Positions 51,901-63,729 of a stretch of 64,000 nt of DNA are shown piece after piece. Position 1 is the stretch's first letter; the number at the start of each line of letters is the position of its first letter. The position numbers and the translations under genes are program-made. Under the pieces are notes generated by a model. It was not told the DNA's origin. It ran no database searches and was given only the letters and a program-made list of their open reading frames with translations. This DNA comes from Takakia lepidozioides (Eukaryota; Plantae; Bryophyta), in assembly GCA_030704615.1 (NCBI GenBank), contig CM060732.1:69254001-69318000 (forward strand). The letters are read 5' to 3'.

Positions 51901-54519
51901 AATGTCCTTGAATGGCGTTGACGACATTCACATCCGGAGTTGTTGAGAGGTCCTCAGAGTTATGTAAATTTTTGTAATGTCCATAGAGGTTACAGTGAGG
52001 GTTCCTCACTTCATTTTGCTGAATGTCAATGCAGACATTCAGTTGTTCTGCATTGTTTTTGCCTCTTGCGAGGAATCTGGAGGCTTGATAAGCTCTGTTA
52101 TGAGAAATCCAAAGTGAATGTCGTTGACGACATTCACTTCTGTGTCTGTATTATTCAACAGCGACAATTTGAATTTACATGGATTGGGAGCTAAGTAATT
52201 GGTTTCTTTTTGGTATTTTTTGAATGGCGTTGACGCCATTCACATACAGTGTTGTTGTGAGGTCCTCAGTGATATGTTCGTTATGAATGTGCATTGAGTT
52301 TTCCTGGAGGGTTCCTTACTCGAGTTTATGATTTCCATCATGTGATTTTGCTTCATTTGAGGAATAATTAGGCTTGATTAGTGAATGTCGTTGACGACAT
52401 TCACTTCTATGTCTGTGTCATTCCAAAACGATAGTTTGCATTCACCTGGATTAGGGTGTATTTACAGTATCATTGAATGGAATGTTTTGAATGGCGTTGA
52501 CGACATTCACATCTGGAGCAGTCGTGTGGTCCTGAAAGGTCCTTGGAGCAGTTCTCAGAGCCATTTCAATCTATGTTTTTTTCATTCTGTTCTACTTGCA
52601 TCTTACTCACTGAGCGCTTTTGTGGGTTGGGATTTATCTCCTTTTTTCAGGTACACGAAATATGTGCTTATGGAAGAAAATCACCTGAGCGGAATTCCAG
52701 ACTATCTTGACATGTGGTCGGACCCTGCAAACGATCCAACCATGTATACTGCAGGGATATTGAAGGACTGGAGTCCTTCTCACTTCAGAGACTGTGGGTG
52801 GTACCTTGACTGCCCACCAGAGCACACGACCTTTCAAGAACATCATATGAAATACTTGAACAATAACGCTGAGATGCTGGCGCCTTTGACTGACGAAGAG
52901 TACCAACGAAACATAGCAACATTGGCTGCCAAGGAGCCTGATGCTCAGGGAACGCCGCAGAAGGGAAAGAAGGCGGGCCGCAAACCAAAAGACAAGGCTG
53001 TTGATGTCATAGCCATCTCACCAGCAAAGCCAAAGGACAAAGACAAGTCCAAAGAGAAGGAAAAGGACAAGGGGAAGGAGAAAGAAAAGGAGATGGAGAG
53101 TGGGCAGGACTTTACTGCTGGAAGATATACCCGCACTGTTCAGTGTGTGTTCGATGCCAAGCCACACCCTTCCCGTTCTGATTCGACAGGAGAGATGAAA
53201 ATTGTTAATGAGGGTTGGCTGTCGATGATGCAGAGTCGAAAGAGAGGATACACTGGGGTGCCATCCCTACCTGGGACAATATAATCTCATTCCTCAATCT
53301 GGTGAGAATTCCAGTTTCTTTCCTTTTTCTCTGAAAGTTTCGTTGGCAGTATTTCAGTCTCGTTCTTTGAAAACATTCTTGCCATCGTTCTTATAAAAAA
53401 CATGTCTGTTGCAGGTGAGCACAGGTCCCACCTTCGTGTGCGGTGTGCAGAAAACTTATGCGGCCGACATTGTCATTCTCGACATCCCGGATGGCCAGGC
53501 TGTGCCAGAAGTTCTTCCAAAGGGCAAGACGCCAGGCTGGAACAAATTCGAGGACAACTACTGGAGTTGGGTGTTCGGGTTCTGTAACAACTTCCTCTCT
53601 GATGCAGGGACACTTCTGCTTTTTCAGTCATGTGACAATGATAGTCGTCGGGCATTGGCATCATACCTCAAGTCTTCAGGGTTTGAAGTTTTGCGCACAT
53701 GGAATTGTGTGAACAGCCTCTACCTTGTGAAAGGGGGTTTCCCTGGTCAGCTGGTATGCCGTCTCCCTTCTGCTTGTGCTTTCATGATGAGTTTCAATGT
53801 TCTCTGCAGCTCCACTCTAGTAGAATGTGTTATGATCGACACCGATCATCACCGATTCATGATTTTTTTGTGTCTGAGTTCTGAATAGCCGATGTACACA
53901 CTTCCACTATAGATTGTGTTTACCACACTAACCTGCTATCTTTGGCAGACGAGGATGTTTGAGATCTGCCTGCGGAGGATTCGCACCTCAAAGACACCAT
54001 CCTCCATCCGCAGCTTTGAGATTTCTGACCAGGGTTGTTTCGTCAACCCCCCCTATGAGCCCCATGTCGATGACATTTTGTACAACTTCATGCAGTCCAG
54101 TCAAACTCTGAAGAGACCAGATGGCACTCCTGGAGAGGTGCAAAGGAAAAGTCCCCAGCGTTCATGCAAATACTGCTGGAGTCATGCAGCCACCGCTCTG
54201 CACGGGTGGTCGATCTTTCTGTGTCCACAGGTTCGTTTTTTCCCTTCCGAATTGGTTTTCTTTCAACAGTTTCATCTGCTTAAATCCCCCCCACCAAACT
54301 GTTCATGTTCTCCTGTCTGGTGCAGGAGCAACTTACCATGCATGCAAGGCAGGCGGAAGAAGCCTTTTTGGCATGGAGGGTGATTCTGACCTCTACAACA
54401 CAGTGCTCCTCCCCCTTTTGTCTGGCTCCACTTCAGGCACACAGACTGATCGGATTCAAATTCGAAATGATGACGATCCCGAAGATAAGCAGGTCGACAA
54501 CGACTTTTCATGTGAGTAA
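48924..54519 (+). CDS. ParB/Srx-like domain fused to an N6A/N4C-type (beta-class-like) DNA methyltransferase domain, 9 exons
   Basis: GT-AG exons at 48924-49220, 49933-50585, 50681-50873, 50958-51395, 51481-51707, 52651-~53300, 53415-53753, 53949-54230 and 54326-54519, phase-compatible where checked. ParB motif FYVWDGNHRLLAW. MTase motif IV-like ADIVILDIPD, then FLSDAGTLLLF, EKSPAFMQILLE and motif I-like VVDLSVSTG-ATYHAC..GRSLFGMEGD. Frameshifts near 53265 and 54128. Confidence 0.75.
51770..52560. repeat. intronic tandem repeat (about 300-bp units) with palindrome GAATGTCGTTGACGACATTC
   Basis: The palindrome and its GAATGGCG variant occur six times, at about 51790, 51910, 52115, 52220, 52383 and 52490. 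Confidence 0.85.
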
Positions 54520-55530
54520 GTGCTAAACCCTCTTTGGGAGCCATACTCAATTTCTCAATAACATCAAAGTTACAGTAATAACTTTTTCAGGCTGTCTTTC
54601 AGGAAAGGCAGCGGTGGATCTTCAGGAGATACAGTCATTTCTGGCGAGTCTGTTTTCGACAGCCCCCTTTCCAATTTTCTGCTTCCTGTTTATGCCGAAG
54701 CAATGGCACTTCACGTGGCCGAGTCCCTATCCCCTGACTTTTTAGTGGCCAGCCGTAGGTGTATCCAGCGTGGATCCGGTGTTCTAAAATACTTAGACTT
54801 AGATGCAGAGGAAGCGGGGATACATTGTACTGACTCTGAGTCAGACTGAACTGTATTCTTTTAATATTCATTTTCATACTATCTGGAAAACGTTGAATCC
54901 CCTTCCTCCACCGTAGTTGTTCCTTTAGAACAAATAATAATCACAGAATCAACTTTCATTTAAATTGCAATATGTATGAATCCATCTCACAAACCTCCCT
55001 GACTCTTCTCATATCCATTGTGCATTCATCTACAGTGTATTCATGCGTGCTCCATTCATGAATTTTTTCCTTTATTCAACATCCATTGTACATTCATCCT
55101 CTGTACTCTTTAATCCACCCCACAAACCTTCCACACTCATTTCATATACGTTGTGCATTCGTCAAAAGTTTTGGTCATGCATCTTCCTGTCATGAATTTT
55201 TGTCATTGCTCAACATCCATTATACATTCATCCATTTTACTCTTATCCATCCCTCATTCATCCATCTACATTCATTTTTCACACTCACCCATATGTTTAT
55301 CATCCAACATTCATCCATCCTTTATTCAATGCCTTTTATTATGTCGTCCAGCTTGTTTCCGCGGTAAAGGGTGCCAATCCGCGGGAATACACTCCACTTC
55401 TTTCTGGGCGCGTGGTGACGCGGCCTTCACGTGTGATGACGTGGAGTGAGCCTCGTGACGTGGCATTTGCGCAAGGTGACGTGGCGTGAGCGCAGTTGCG
55501 CTCACGCGCTCACGTGACCAGGCTCACGCC

Positions 55531-58088
55531 GAGGCATCCCTGTGCTCAAACCAGACGTGTTCAGAGTATTGTGGTCTGGAACGCTGCATCACGACCGCAG
55601 TTCCGCGCGTGCCCACCTTGATTCCGCACTGCTGGACCGCCAAATTAAGGACATTGGACTCGTTGGAAATCTGCTGGAAGGTACTCGCGCGCTGCTCTGT
55701 CTCATTCACTGCCCCCCCCCCCGCCAATCCTCCACCGCATGTGTTTATATCATTTTTTGTGTTCCATGCAGGGCGGACATCAGGACCTGGAAATCGCTTG
55801 CTGAGTGCTTTCGACTCCCTTGCCAGGGCTGCAAGAGAGGTTTTCCTGGCTGTGCAGGGTCATGAAAACCAGGGGACTGTCCGTAAGGCTGGCCAGGTCC
55901 AGCAGGCTGGGGGGAGGTCTCAAGAGACTGCCGGGGATTTTCAGCGGACTGGTATGCAGTCTCAGCAGACTAGTTTGGAGTCTCAGCAGACTAACATGGA
56001 AATTGAGCAGACAAGACATGTCATGGAGCAGACTACCTTGGGAAATCAGCAGACTACCATGGAGTCTCGAGACGCGTGTGACCAGGAGGCTCGCAAACAG
56101 ACTGAACAGAAGACTCAGGATGACACTGAAAAGGACACTCCCATTGCAAACCAGCATGGCCAGAAGACCCAGAAGACCTCACAGCAGACCTCAGTGGAGT
56201 CTGCTGAACAATACCCTCCACAGACGTCCTCCATAGACTGTCATCCATGACTTGCCCACAACATTTGTTACTGAGTCTGTTATAACGGGACAGTGGCACA
56301 TTCAACGGCCTGACCAACAGTGGATGTCTGATTTGACCCAATTTAAACGGACATCATCTGCCAAACCCAACTTTTTAATGTCTGCCAACCCTTTGTCAAC
56401 GGTGCCAGAATCGACTTTCCCCCGCCGGATAAGTTCTCCCACACACTTTGACCTACACGATGTAACTATGACCTCGGTAAATCCTCAGTATCCATCATCC
56501 CGTATGACTTTTGAGCTTAGCCTTGTCTTTGTTCGTTCATTGGCGAGAGTCATTGATGAATTTGAAGTGAGCGAACCGACCTGTAGACCAGTAAACCGCA
56601 TCATAGACCTTACAGCAGAATCCGATGAGGGAAGTCCAGCAAACCCGACTTTACATGTCTCTGATTGCACCCTTCCCACCGCTTTCAACCCCGAGTCTGT
56701 TCTGTCAGCAGGCCCTCAAAACTTACTTGATGGTAAAATTGATAGTCTGCTGGTGCGCCTACAAGACCAGAACCACCGTATGGCAGAGTAGGACATGCAA
56801 CAGACTGACAAAACTGCCAATGGGAGTGCACAGACGACGAGAGAGGAGACTACCCTAGATACTATAGAGTACACTGCCTAGGAGACTTGCCACGAGGGGA
56901 CTAACCGGGATAAAGGGCAGGAGACTGTCCAACAGACTGCACGGGGAGTTGCCCAGCAGACTAGGCAGGAGACTGCCGTGGGTGCAGATGGCATTGTTCC
57001 GGAGTCTTCCAATGACATTGCCCCGGAGACTGCAGATGACTCCCACGCCCAACAGAGTACCCGCAAGACTGCCCATGAGTCTGCTTCTGCGTCTGAGAAT
57101 CCCTTCCACCAGACTCCACAATACTCTGCCCAAGAGACTACACACAAGTCTTCTCAGACGAGTTCACAAGACTCTGGTCAGCAGACAACACAAGACTCCG
57201 CCGAGGTGACTGCCCAGCTGAGAAAGTCTGCCCAAAAGACTGCAACAGACTCTACCCACCAGTCTGCCTAAGGGACTGCAACAGCGGACCCTGCCCACCA
57301 GACTGCGCATGAGTCTGCCAAGGTGATAGCAGCAGCAGACCTGTCCCACCAGACTGCGCATGAGTCTGCCCAGGTGACTGCAGAAGTAGGCCCTGCCCAC
57401 CGGACTGCACATGAGTCTGTCCGGGTAACTTCAGAAGACACACCCCCAACAGACTGCAGCAGACCCTCCCCAGCAGACTGAACAGATGACTGCACTTGAG
57501 TTTTCCAAGGAGACTTCTTCAAAGTATATCCAGCAGACTATTGGGGAGATTGCAGTTGACCCATCCAATGCAGCTGCTCAACAGTCCTTCTAGCAGACTG
57601 CTGTACAGCCCGCCCAGGAGAGTTTCCATGAGGCGACAATTGAGGACGTCCGCAACTAGACTTTGCCTTCGCCATCTCCGTCTGCTCATGCTCCTGCTAA
57701 TGTTGGGTCAACGACAAAGACAGGCGGTTTGCTCACACCGCCTGATTCTCGTGTTAGTTCAACGCATGTCATTCATGAGGCTGCAAGGATTGGACCGGCA
57801 AGTGTCAACAAACCGACTGACATTCTTCTGCTGCGCAGCAGAGCTACAATATTGCGGCAGTCTGGGCTAGTTGTCCCAGGCATTGCGGTAGAGAGCACCT
57901 CCGTTTGAGCAGAAAGAGGAAAAGCCCAAAAACGTCCAGTCATTGAGGCGGTCAAGGAGACTGGAGAGGGTCATGTTCAAAAGAGACCAGCCAGGAAAGG
58001 CAAGTCTGATGTGTTTATGAACAAGGACCGCCGATTGTGTTTGGACATGGACAAGGAGGTGGCAGAGGTACTTGCGTCGAAGAAGTAA
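55531..58088 (+). pseudogene. zinc-finger gene A, 3' part (low-complexity Q/T/S repeats, basic C-terminus)
   Basis: Continues the frame of the 43688 ORF. Repetitive QQT and QTAHESA peptides, including 51-bp tandem units at 57190-57430. Confidence 0.5.
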
Positions 58089-58340
58089 GTCATATGTGTC
58101 TTCTGCTTGGTCGTGTTCTTTTAAAGTTGCCTTTGCAAGTATGTATCTTCTGGCAGTCTACTGGCTTCTTGTCTGCAGTCTTGTGAGGCCTCTACTCGGT
58201 CTGCTGTGACTGTGCCCCACAGTTGTGCTTGTCGACTTTGTTGAATGTCAGGTCTATTGTTTGGTCTGCTGTGACAATGCAGTCCACTGTCCGAATGTCC
58301 ACTATCCACTATCCAATTGTCGGGTCTGTTGGTCGGTCTG

Positions 58341-60174
58341 CTAAGAGTCTGTCTTGACTTCGGTTTTTGAACTTTCTGGTAATTCAGGTCCCCTCATCGG
58401 TCTGCTAAGACTGTGCAGCAGACTGATGTTTTTGGACTTTATGAAATGAGTGGTGTCTTGGTGGGGTCTGACTGTATGTGCAGGATTGAAAGTCGATTCT
58501 GGCGATTGATGTCCATACATATAGCCGCTGGGAATAGCATGGTGTATTTTTTCGAAGGAGACTCGCGGTTCCGATGTGGCATTGCGCCGGAAGACATGAA
58601 AGCATTGAACGTGGTTGAGTCGGAGTGCTCGAACAGACTTTTGGATGTCTGGTGTCATTTTTTCGAGAACACCCTAGACTCGAGGACGTATGGCACTGTC
58701 GCTCTTTTGCCAACGTCGACGTGGTCTGTTTTTCAGACTTTCGACATAGCCCCACGCGACCTCCTTCATGTCACAGTCCATGATGGCAGCCTTGTACTTG
58801 TGGTATTTGACAGCATCATTGCACTCAACGTATTGAGCTGCATGGTCAGGAGTAAAACCAGGACGTATTGAAAAGCACGCCAATGTCTTGCGAAGAAGTG
58901 CCTCCTCTTGCGGTGGTGCATCATGCTGCTACCACACCATGAAACAAATTTGTACTGACATTAGAACAGACCCCTCCCATAATGAAGGTCATGGACAGAA
59001 AAACGATCCAAACAAGCACATTACAATGCATGAAAACAAAACCAATGCAAAACAATCAGTTCGAATTCAAATGCATATAAGACAATGGTGCTGCAGATCC
59101 TGAGTTGTAAATGACAATATGCACACCTGCCAATGCATGGTGAAGAGAACGCCACGGGCTTCAGCTACATGCGTATACATGTGCCTCCAAGAGGAACAAC
59201 CTTACAATATAGATGTTGGAATACAAATGCAAGAGAACATGACCATTCCACAGACTTAATTAATGCGTGCTCACAGATGAAAAAACATGTATGACAAAAA
59301 AAAGAGGGCGGTCAGTGCAAGAGAGGATTAGAAGAGGTATTACCATGCGTCGGACGAACCATTGACCATACGCTTTACCCATCATACTATTAGCAAATTC
59401 CGCGCTCCCCACAAGTGCAGCAAGACTTTCTAAAAAGCAGGGATTGTCAGGTGAAGGGAACCCATCAGGCAACAAATTGTAGTCCATGAGGTAGCTGAGA
59501 CCTGGGCGTGCAATAGGTGCAGGTTTGGGGGGCACAACAATGTCAGATTTCAGTATCAGAGAAGCTGCCACAAAGGCTTGTTTGGCCTCTTCTCTAGTCA
59601 TGGATTGAAGCAAAGCAGACTTGATCAACTGATCCAGAGTTGGTGCCTCTATATGTGTCCTCGTTGGTGGGTCTGGCAGCATGATAGTTTCCTCGTCCAT
59701 TGCCAAGTCCCCCGCCTGAAGAGGTACATGGGAGTCCTTAGTTGGTAGCCGCAAATGCCTCCTCCGCTTCATTTCTGGCTGAAATTCGTTTTCACCCCCA
59801 TTGTCCTCCCGGCCCACCTTCGCCCGCGAGTTTTTGCGCGGCAGATGCCCATGGTCCTTCAGAACAGTCTCCATCAACGCCCTCTGACCGGCTTCAAACA
59901 CAGGGTATATTTTGAGTTTAGCCCCACCCTTCCCAACAGCAGCACACCCATTTATCCTATGAACGTTTAAATTTTGTTTGTCTTTATACACATGTTTACA
60001 GTAGATACATATGAACGGTTTCCTGTTATTATCCCCGGGTTCATCAAGCCTTGCCCTCGTGTAAGCCTCGCAAATCAGTGCTTCCCACTCATCAATATCA
60101 TATTCCTCATGATATACCCGACGCGCTTCAAGGATGGTGGATTTTTTCACCATTTTGGAAGTATAGGTGGACAA
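58341..60174 (-). pseudogene. element-borne zinc-finger gene B, paralogous to gene A
   Basis: FICIYCKHVYKDKQNLNVHRINGC finger and ARPGLSYLMDYNLLP..PDNPCF motif. Probable downstream exons at 58341-58883. Confidence 0.6.
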
Positions 60175-61124
60175 CGTAGACCACTCCTGCCCTGAAGAAG
60201 CCGACGTTCATGTTAAGGCACAAACTGAGAGTGCGAATGGGTACTAACATGGGCCCTCACCACGAAGTATAAGCCATTTCCATTATGGTCGCCACCATCT
60301 CGCATAACCGAAAGAAGCCATGCATTTGGCACACGAAGAATGCATTGGAGGGAAGAGCAAGACATTGGCAACACAATGCCAATAGGAACACAATGCGACG
60401 ACGTAAAAAAAGTCCACAAAACTCACATTAATCTCTGAACCCTAAAGACAGACTTATGGAGGCCTTCTAGCTTCACCTGCAACATGAGAATGATATAGGC
60501 AGATCAACAGAAGCTCCCGAGCATGAGAAAAGCAATCGCGCAGCAAAGCAAATGAAAAAGAAGGCGTTTCGGTATACGTACACTTCCTTCCGAATCGTGT
60601 TGCACAAGATCCAAGCGCTACTTACATGAAAAAAGTGGGCGAAGGGTGTGTAACCAAAGCAAATGAGAAACATGAAATAGGAAAGACTGACCCTGCTGAG
60701 AACCTCCTCCGAAAGCGCTTTCCTGCGGGGCATATCTTTCACTGAACTTGCCACAACGTCTGCACATGATGTTTCCACAACACGCACTACAACATCGATA
60801 GAGACGGTGGCACGGTTCAAGCGACATGGTTGAGGAGAGACGTTTCCTCGCATACGAAGCGTCGCCTTCAGCGTCTGTGTAAGCAGCTGACAATCACTTC
60901 CGCAAAGCACGATCACGTCCTAATCTGTATGCAATTATAAACAATGCATGTATGAGCAAACATGCATACATGTGGGACGACGCATGCATGTATGACAACC
61001 TTCACATATGGATGCATGCATCGTGGTAATACAGTTGACGTAAAACCGTTTCACGTATTATGTGGGTGACAGCCTCACAGGGGACGGGGGCCGGGCGGGG
61101 GAGACGAGACAGGGATGCCAATCG

Positions 61125-61245
61125 CGGCGACTGCGGGCCGTGGCGTTGCCGCCAGAGGTGGGGGGGGGGGGGGGGGGAGGGGAGGGCCACGTAGGCAGCC
61201 CCGCTGATGGCGCATTAAACTCCAGGGCCTCTTCTATTACTTGCC
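61125..61245 (-). repeat. Mutator-like TIR, right end of outer element, followed by 9-bp TSD ATTGTCTTC
   Basis: 67-bp identity with 36105-36171, plus partial similarity further inward. Confidence 0.85.
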
Positions 61246-61399
61246 ATTGTCTTCCATTGTATTGATTTGCAAAGTTGTGATAAGTGTTATGGAGTGAAAT
61301 ATATAGCTATAGCGAGAAACTCATAGATTGTGGACAGTTGTACGTTTCACCCATGCATGTGTGGTCAAACGGCTTTACTGTTTAGCTCCCATTAATCAG

Positions 61400-62036
61400 T
61401 TAATATTAGTGAATTTTTTTCTTAATCATAGTGATATGTTCTTTCCTTACACGTGCAACCTTCCAATTTCACTCTGTAGTACTACACAAAACTAGAACTC
61501 TAGACTCCCAATTCACTATATAGTACTACACAAAACTGCAACTCTATACCTTATAGTGAAAGTACACACTATTTGTAGTATCCATATATTCTCGCTCACC
61601 AAATAAGATTGTGACACATGGCTTCTTAGTGAACTACCTCACTATACGTTCACCTATAGCAGTGGAATATATTCTTCATTCCTAGTGATATGATACCATA
61701 CTTCACTATATAGTGATCCATGAACTTTCAGTGCTGACTGAATAAAAACTACTCATAGTATTGATAATCACCATCATAATATGTGATTATCTGACATGTG
61801 GCTCTTGTAGTGAAGTTGTTCACTATATGGGTAGTGAAATATTTTACAATCCATAACCCATATATCTAGAGTTGGTGGGCTCCGCCACAGTAAAATATTT
61901 GCACTGATATATTCGACTGTCCTTCCTACTTCATTGCGCCCTTTGTCATTATCTGGTTTTTTTTTGGTAAAATTGGTACTTTCGACTATTTTGGCAGTGA
62001 AACAAACAATAAAAAATCCCGCATTTTGTTGTAGTG
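61400..62036. mobile_element. CACTA element right-end remnant
   Basis: Ends ...CATTTTGTTGTAGTG (minus strand CACTACAACAAAATG), with many CACTATA/TAGTGA subterminal repeats. The left end was not found. Confidence 0.65.
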
Positions 62037-62160
62037 AAATCTTCTCAAACAAACACGGTGATAATGACATGAATGTAGCAAAAGTCCTTAGATAAGTTGA
62101 TATCCGTGGTAACGTACCAAAGATGCCAACTGCATGTCTTCTTAAAGCAGGATATGAATC
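62037..62160 (+). repeat. diverged copy of the KP4-gene 3' flank (63535-63660)
   Basis: AACACGGTGA..AATGA..TGAAT.TAGCAAAAG...GTTGATATCCGTGGT..GTACCAAAGATGCCA is shared between the two. Confidence 0.8.
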
Positions 62161-63086
62161 AACATTCCAACTAGGTGGGATGGAGTCATTCTATTTAATT
62201 CCTAACTTGATCTGGAGAAGAAGATTTTGCTTTTTCCCCACGAGCTGTCGAAAGCATAGAGAAGTTGCCTTCGCCAGATCCCATTGCATTTGGAAAGAGC
62301 TGCACATAGCACGACCCTGCATGTTTTTCTGGCTTCAGAGATTAGGTCTGAGTGAATCCAAAAAAGGACCCAAGTAGAAGCAGGGGAATTATTGAGAACA
62401 AAGGAGCAACGAGATTTCGGAGTATTCCAAAAAGTGAGCGCTCGCATGGCTGCCAGACGGGGCAGGACTTCCATGGAGAGCCGACATTAGAGATATTCTC
62501 GAGGAAAATGGAGGGGGAGGGGATGCAATTGGGGACCCAGAGAGAGTAGAAGGAACTACTAATAGCTACTACTACTAGTGTGGCATGTGCCATTGAGCAT
62601 TTCTAATGGTTTTCAGTGATGAAAATTACTTGAAATCCAAATTTTTCTCTCTCATTTGGTCCAAAATTGATAAAACCAATGCGGTGCATCCATCCTCATC
62701 AAGGGCTTTCCAACAGTACCAAGAATGCAAGGGGAGGCCTCGTGGTTTGGGAAATCTCTACGTAGCAAAAACAAAACATAAAAAACAAACAACCCACACT
62801 ATATTCTTGATAAATACAGCTACATGTATAGTATTCTTTGTTTTGTTGTGGTTTCAAATATTTTTGGTATTTTTAGATTAACAAAAATAAGATTTTTAGG
62901 AGGTTGTTGATCTATACGGACATCAAAGTCCTCCACTGACAACTTTACTACCAACTACTAGAACATAATCTCAAGTATATATATGTCTCCGCTCGAAGGT
63001 TGCAACAGAATCCATCAGATTCGCAACCAAACAACCACAAAGCGACCTCCTCATAATGCTTCTTCGTCTTACCATTGCATTTCGTC

Positions 63087-63528
63087 ATGGCACTACATTC
63101 ATCAGTGGTGCTCACCGTTCTCATTCTCATAGACTTGAACATTCAAGGCGATGAACTGTGGCACTCGGCATCAATTGCCGCGGCAGCTCCGATTACAATA
63201 ATGTGGGGACCATGAAGCACTGCAATAGTTGGTGACCGTCATCAACGATATCAACCCCAATCGCTTTTACAACAATAAAAAATAAATTACATGCGGCGCT
63301 TTCAAGGGACAATTCATTTGTGTCTTCTGCAAAAGGTCCGGCGACACTCCCGACTACTCGATCAAGACCTTGATTCAACAACTTGCAGATCACGGTTGTA
63401 AGATTTGTGGGAGTATTCCACTTTTCTATCCACAAGACAACAATGTTGCTGATGTGATGCTGACAGTGAATGCGGTCGCTTTTGGGTGCAATTATAATGG
63501 CAATGCCAATAACGTTGACCTATGCTAA
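63087..63528 (+). pseudogene. KP4 killer-toxin-like secreted protein
   Basis: Signal-like MALHSSVVLTVLILI, then ALGINCRGSS...LIQQLADHGCKICGSIPLFYPQDNNVADVMLTVN...C*. Contains frameshifts and stops. Confidence 0.88.
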
Positions 63529-63729
63529 GCGGAAAGCAAATCTCCTGAAGCGAACACGGTGACAATGATATGAATATAGCAAAAGACTTTAGAAAAGTTG
63601 ATATCCGTGGTAGTGTACCAAAGATGCCAGCTACATGTCTTCTTGAAGCAGAATACGAATCCACGTTTTTTGTTTTTTGTTTTTTTTTTTTGGAAAACAG
63701 CAGAAATGGTAGTGTTTGCTTTCTGCTCA

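Larger units (their letters stand above)
43953..55530. mobile_element. 11.6-kb DNA transposon with hairpin termini, MULE-like transposase and ParB-methyltransferase cargo
   Basis: Ends GGCGTGAGC.../...GCTCACGCC with repeated internal copies. Removing it rejoins the host frame (KPTTQ|xGIPVLKPDVF). No 8-9 bp TSD. Confidence 0.85.

Noticed and set aside
48924-54519. Bacterial or phage contamination explaining the ParB-MTase
   Set aside because: The gene has eight GT-AG introns and lies inside nested plant transposons.
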